This document shows, in pieces, positions 63,850-64,000 of a stretch of 64,000 nucleotides of DNA (within the stretch, counting starts at the first letter, position 1; each line of letters begins with the position of its first letter). The DNA comes from Lama guanicoe. Its lineage: Eukaryota. The translations under genes and the position numbers were made by a program. The notes beneath the pieces are model-generated. The model saw nothing but the letters and a program-made list of their open reading frames with translations. It was not told the DNA's origin and did not search any database. The stretch lies in contig MU053881.1 in NCBI GenBank assembly GCA_013239625.1, positions 14,996,373 through 15,060,372 on the forward strand. Reading direction: 5' to 3'.

Positions 63850-64000
63850 AGACATAGTAAACAATCTTACGGTTACCAGGGGAAAGAAGGTGGGAAGGGA
63901 TAAATTTGGGAGTTTGAGATTTGCAAATGTTAACTACTATATATAAAAAAAATTTTCTTCTGTATAGCACAGGGAACTATATTCAATATCTTGTAATAAC
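63850..64000 (+). mobile_element. Younger L1 3' UTR (runs off window end)
   Basis: cttacggttaccaggggaaag...gggataaatttgggagtttgagattt...tgtatagcacagggaactatattcaatatcttgtaataac. Confidence 0.8.

Larger units (their letters stand above)
45059..64000 (-). other. KLHL26: KLHL26 intron 1 (exon 1 not found; presumably beyond window end)
   Basis: A strong acceptor precedes exon 2. No CpG island or Gly/Ser-rich KLHL26 N-terminal exon was seen in 45059-64000. Confidence 0.7.

Noticed and set aside
1..64000. A novel multi-gene biological system
   Set aside because: All credible coding sequence is accounted for by CRTC1 and KLHL26; the remaining leads are regulatory hypotheses only.

Overview
Mammalian genomic DNA, not prokaryotic or viral. 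The only young SINEs are tRNA-Ala(AGC)-derived, and I saw no Alu, B1, Bov-tA/BovB, PRE-1 or Can-SINE, which points to a camelid (inference). The window is the KLHL26-CRTC1 locus, with both genes on the minus strand in tandem. CRTC1 exon 1 (31716-31841, 42 codons, CREB-binding domain) lies in a CpG island with NRF1/YY1 motifs. Positions 1-31715 are CRTC1 intron 1; exon 2 was not found. KLHL26 exon 2 (44876-45058) and the last coding exon (41095-42676) are intact with canonical splice sites and two candidate poly(A) signals. KLHL26 exon 1 was not found, so 45059-64000 is read as intron 1. The rest is dense in old repeats (L1M 3' ends, MLT1/ERVL LTRs, MER20/MER58, MIR, L2), including several nested insertions. 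Nearly all other ORFs in the track are spurious GC-rich frames or L1 remnants. I found no convincing new gene system. The best leads are regulatory: a two-CArG + MEF2 + half-CRE cluster in KLHL26 intron 2, a ~34-bp CAGGT...ACCTG minisatellite just inside CRTC1 intron 1, an in-frame ATG at the start of KLHL26 exon 2, and alternative polyadenylation of KLHL26. Repeat boundaries and subfamily names are by eye and approximate.
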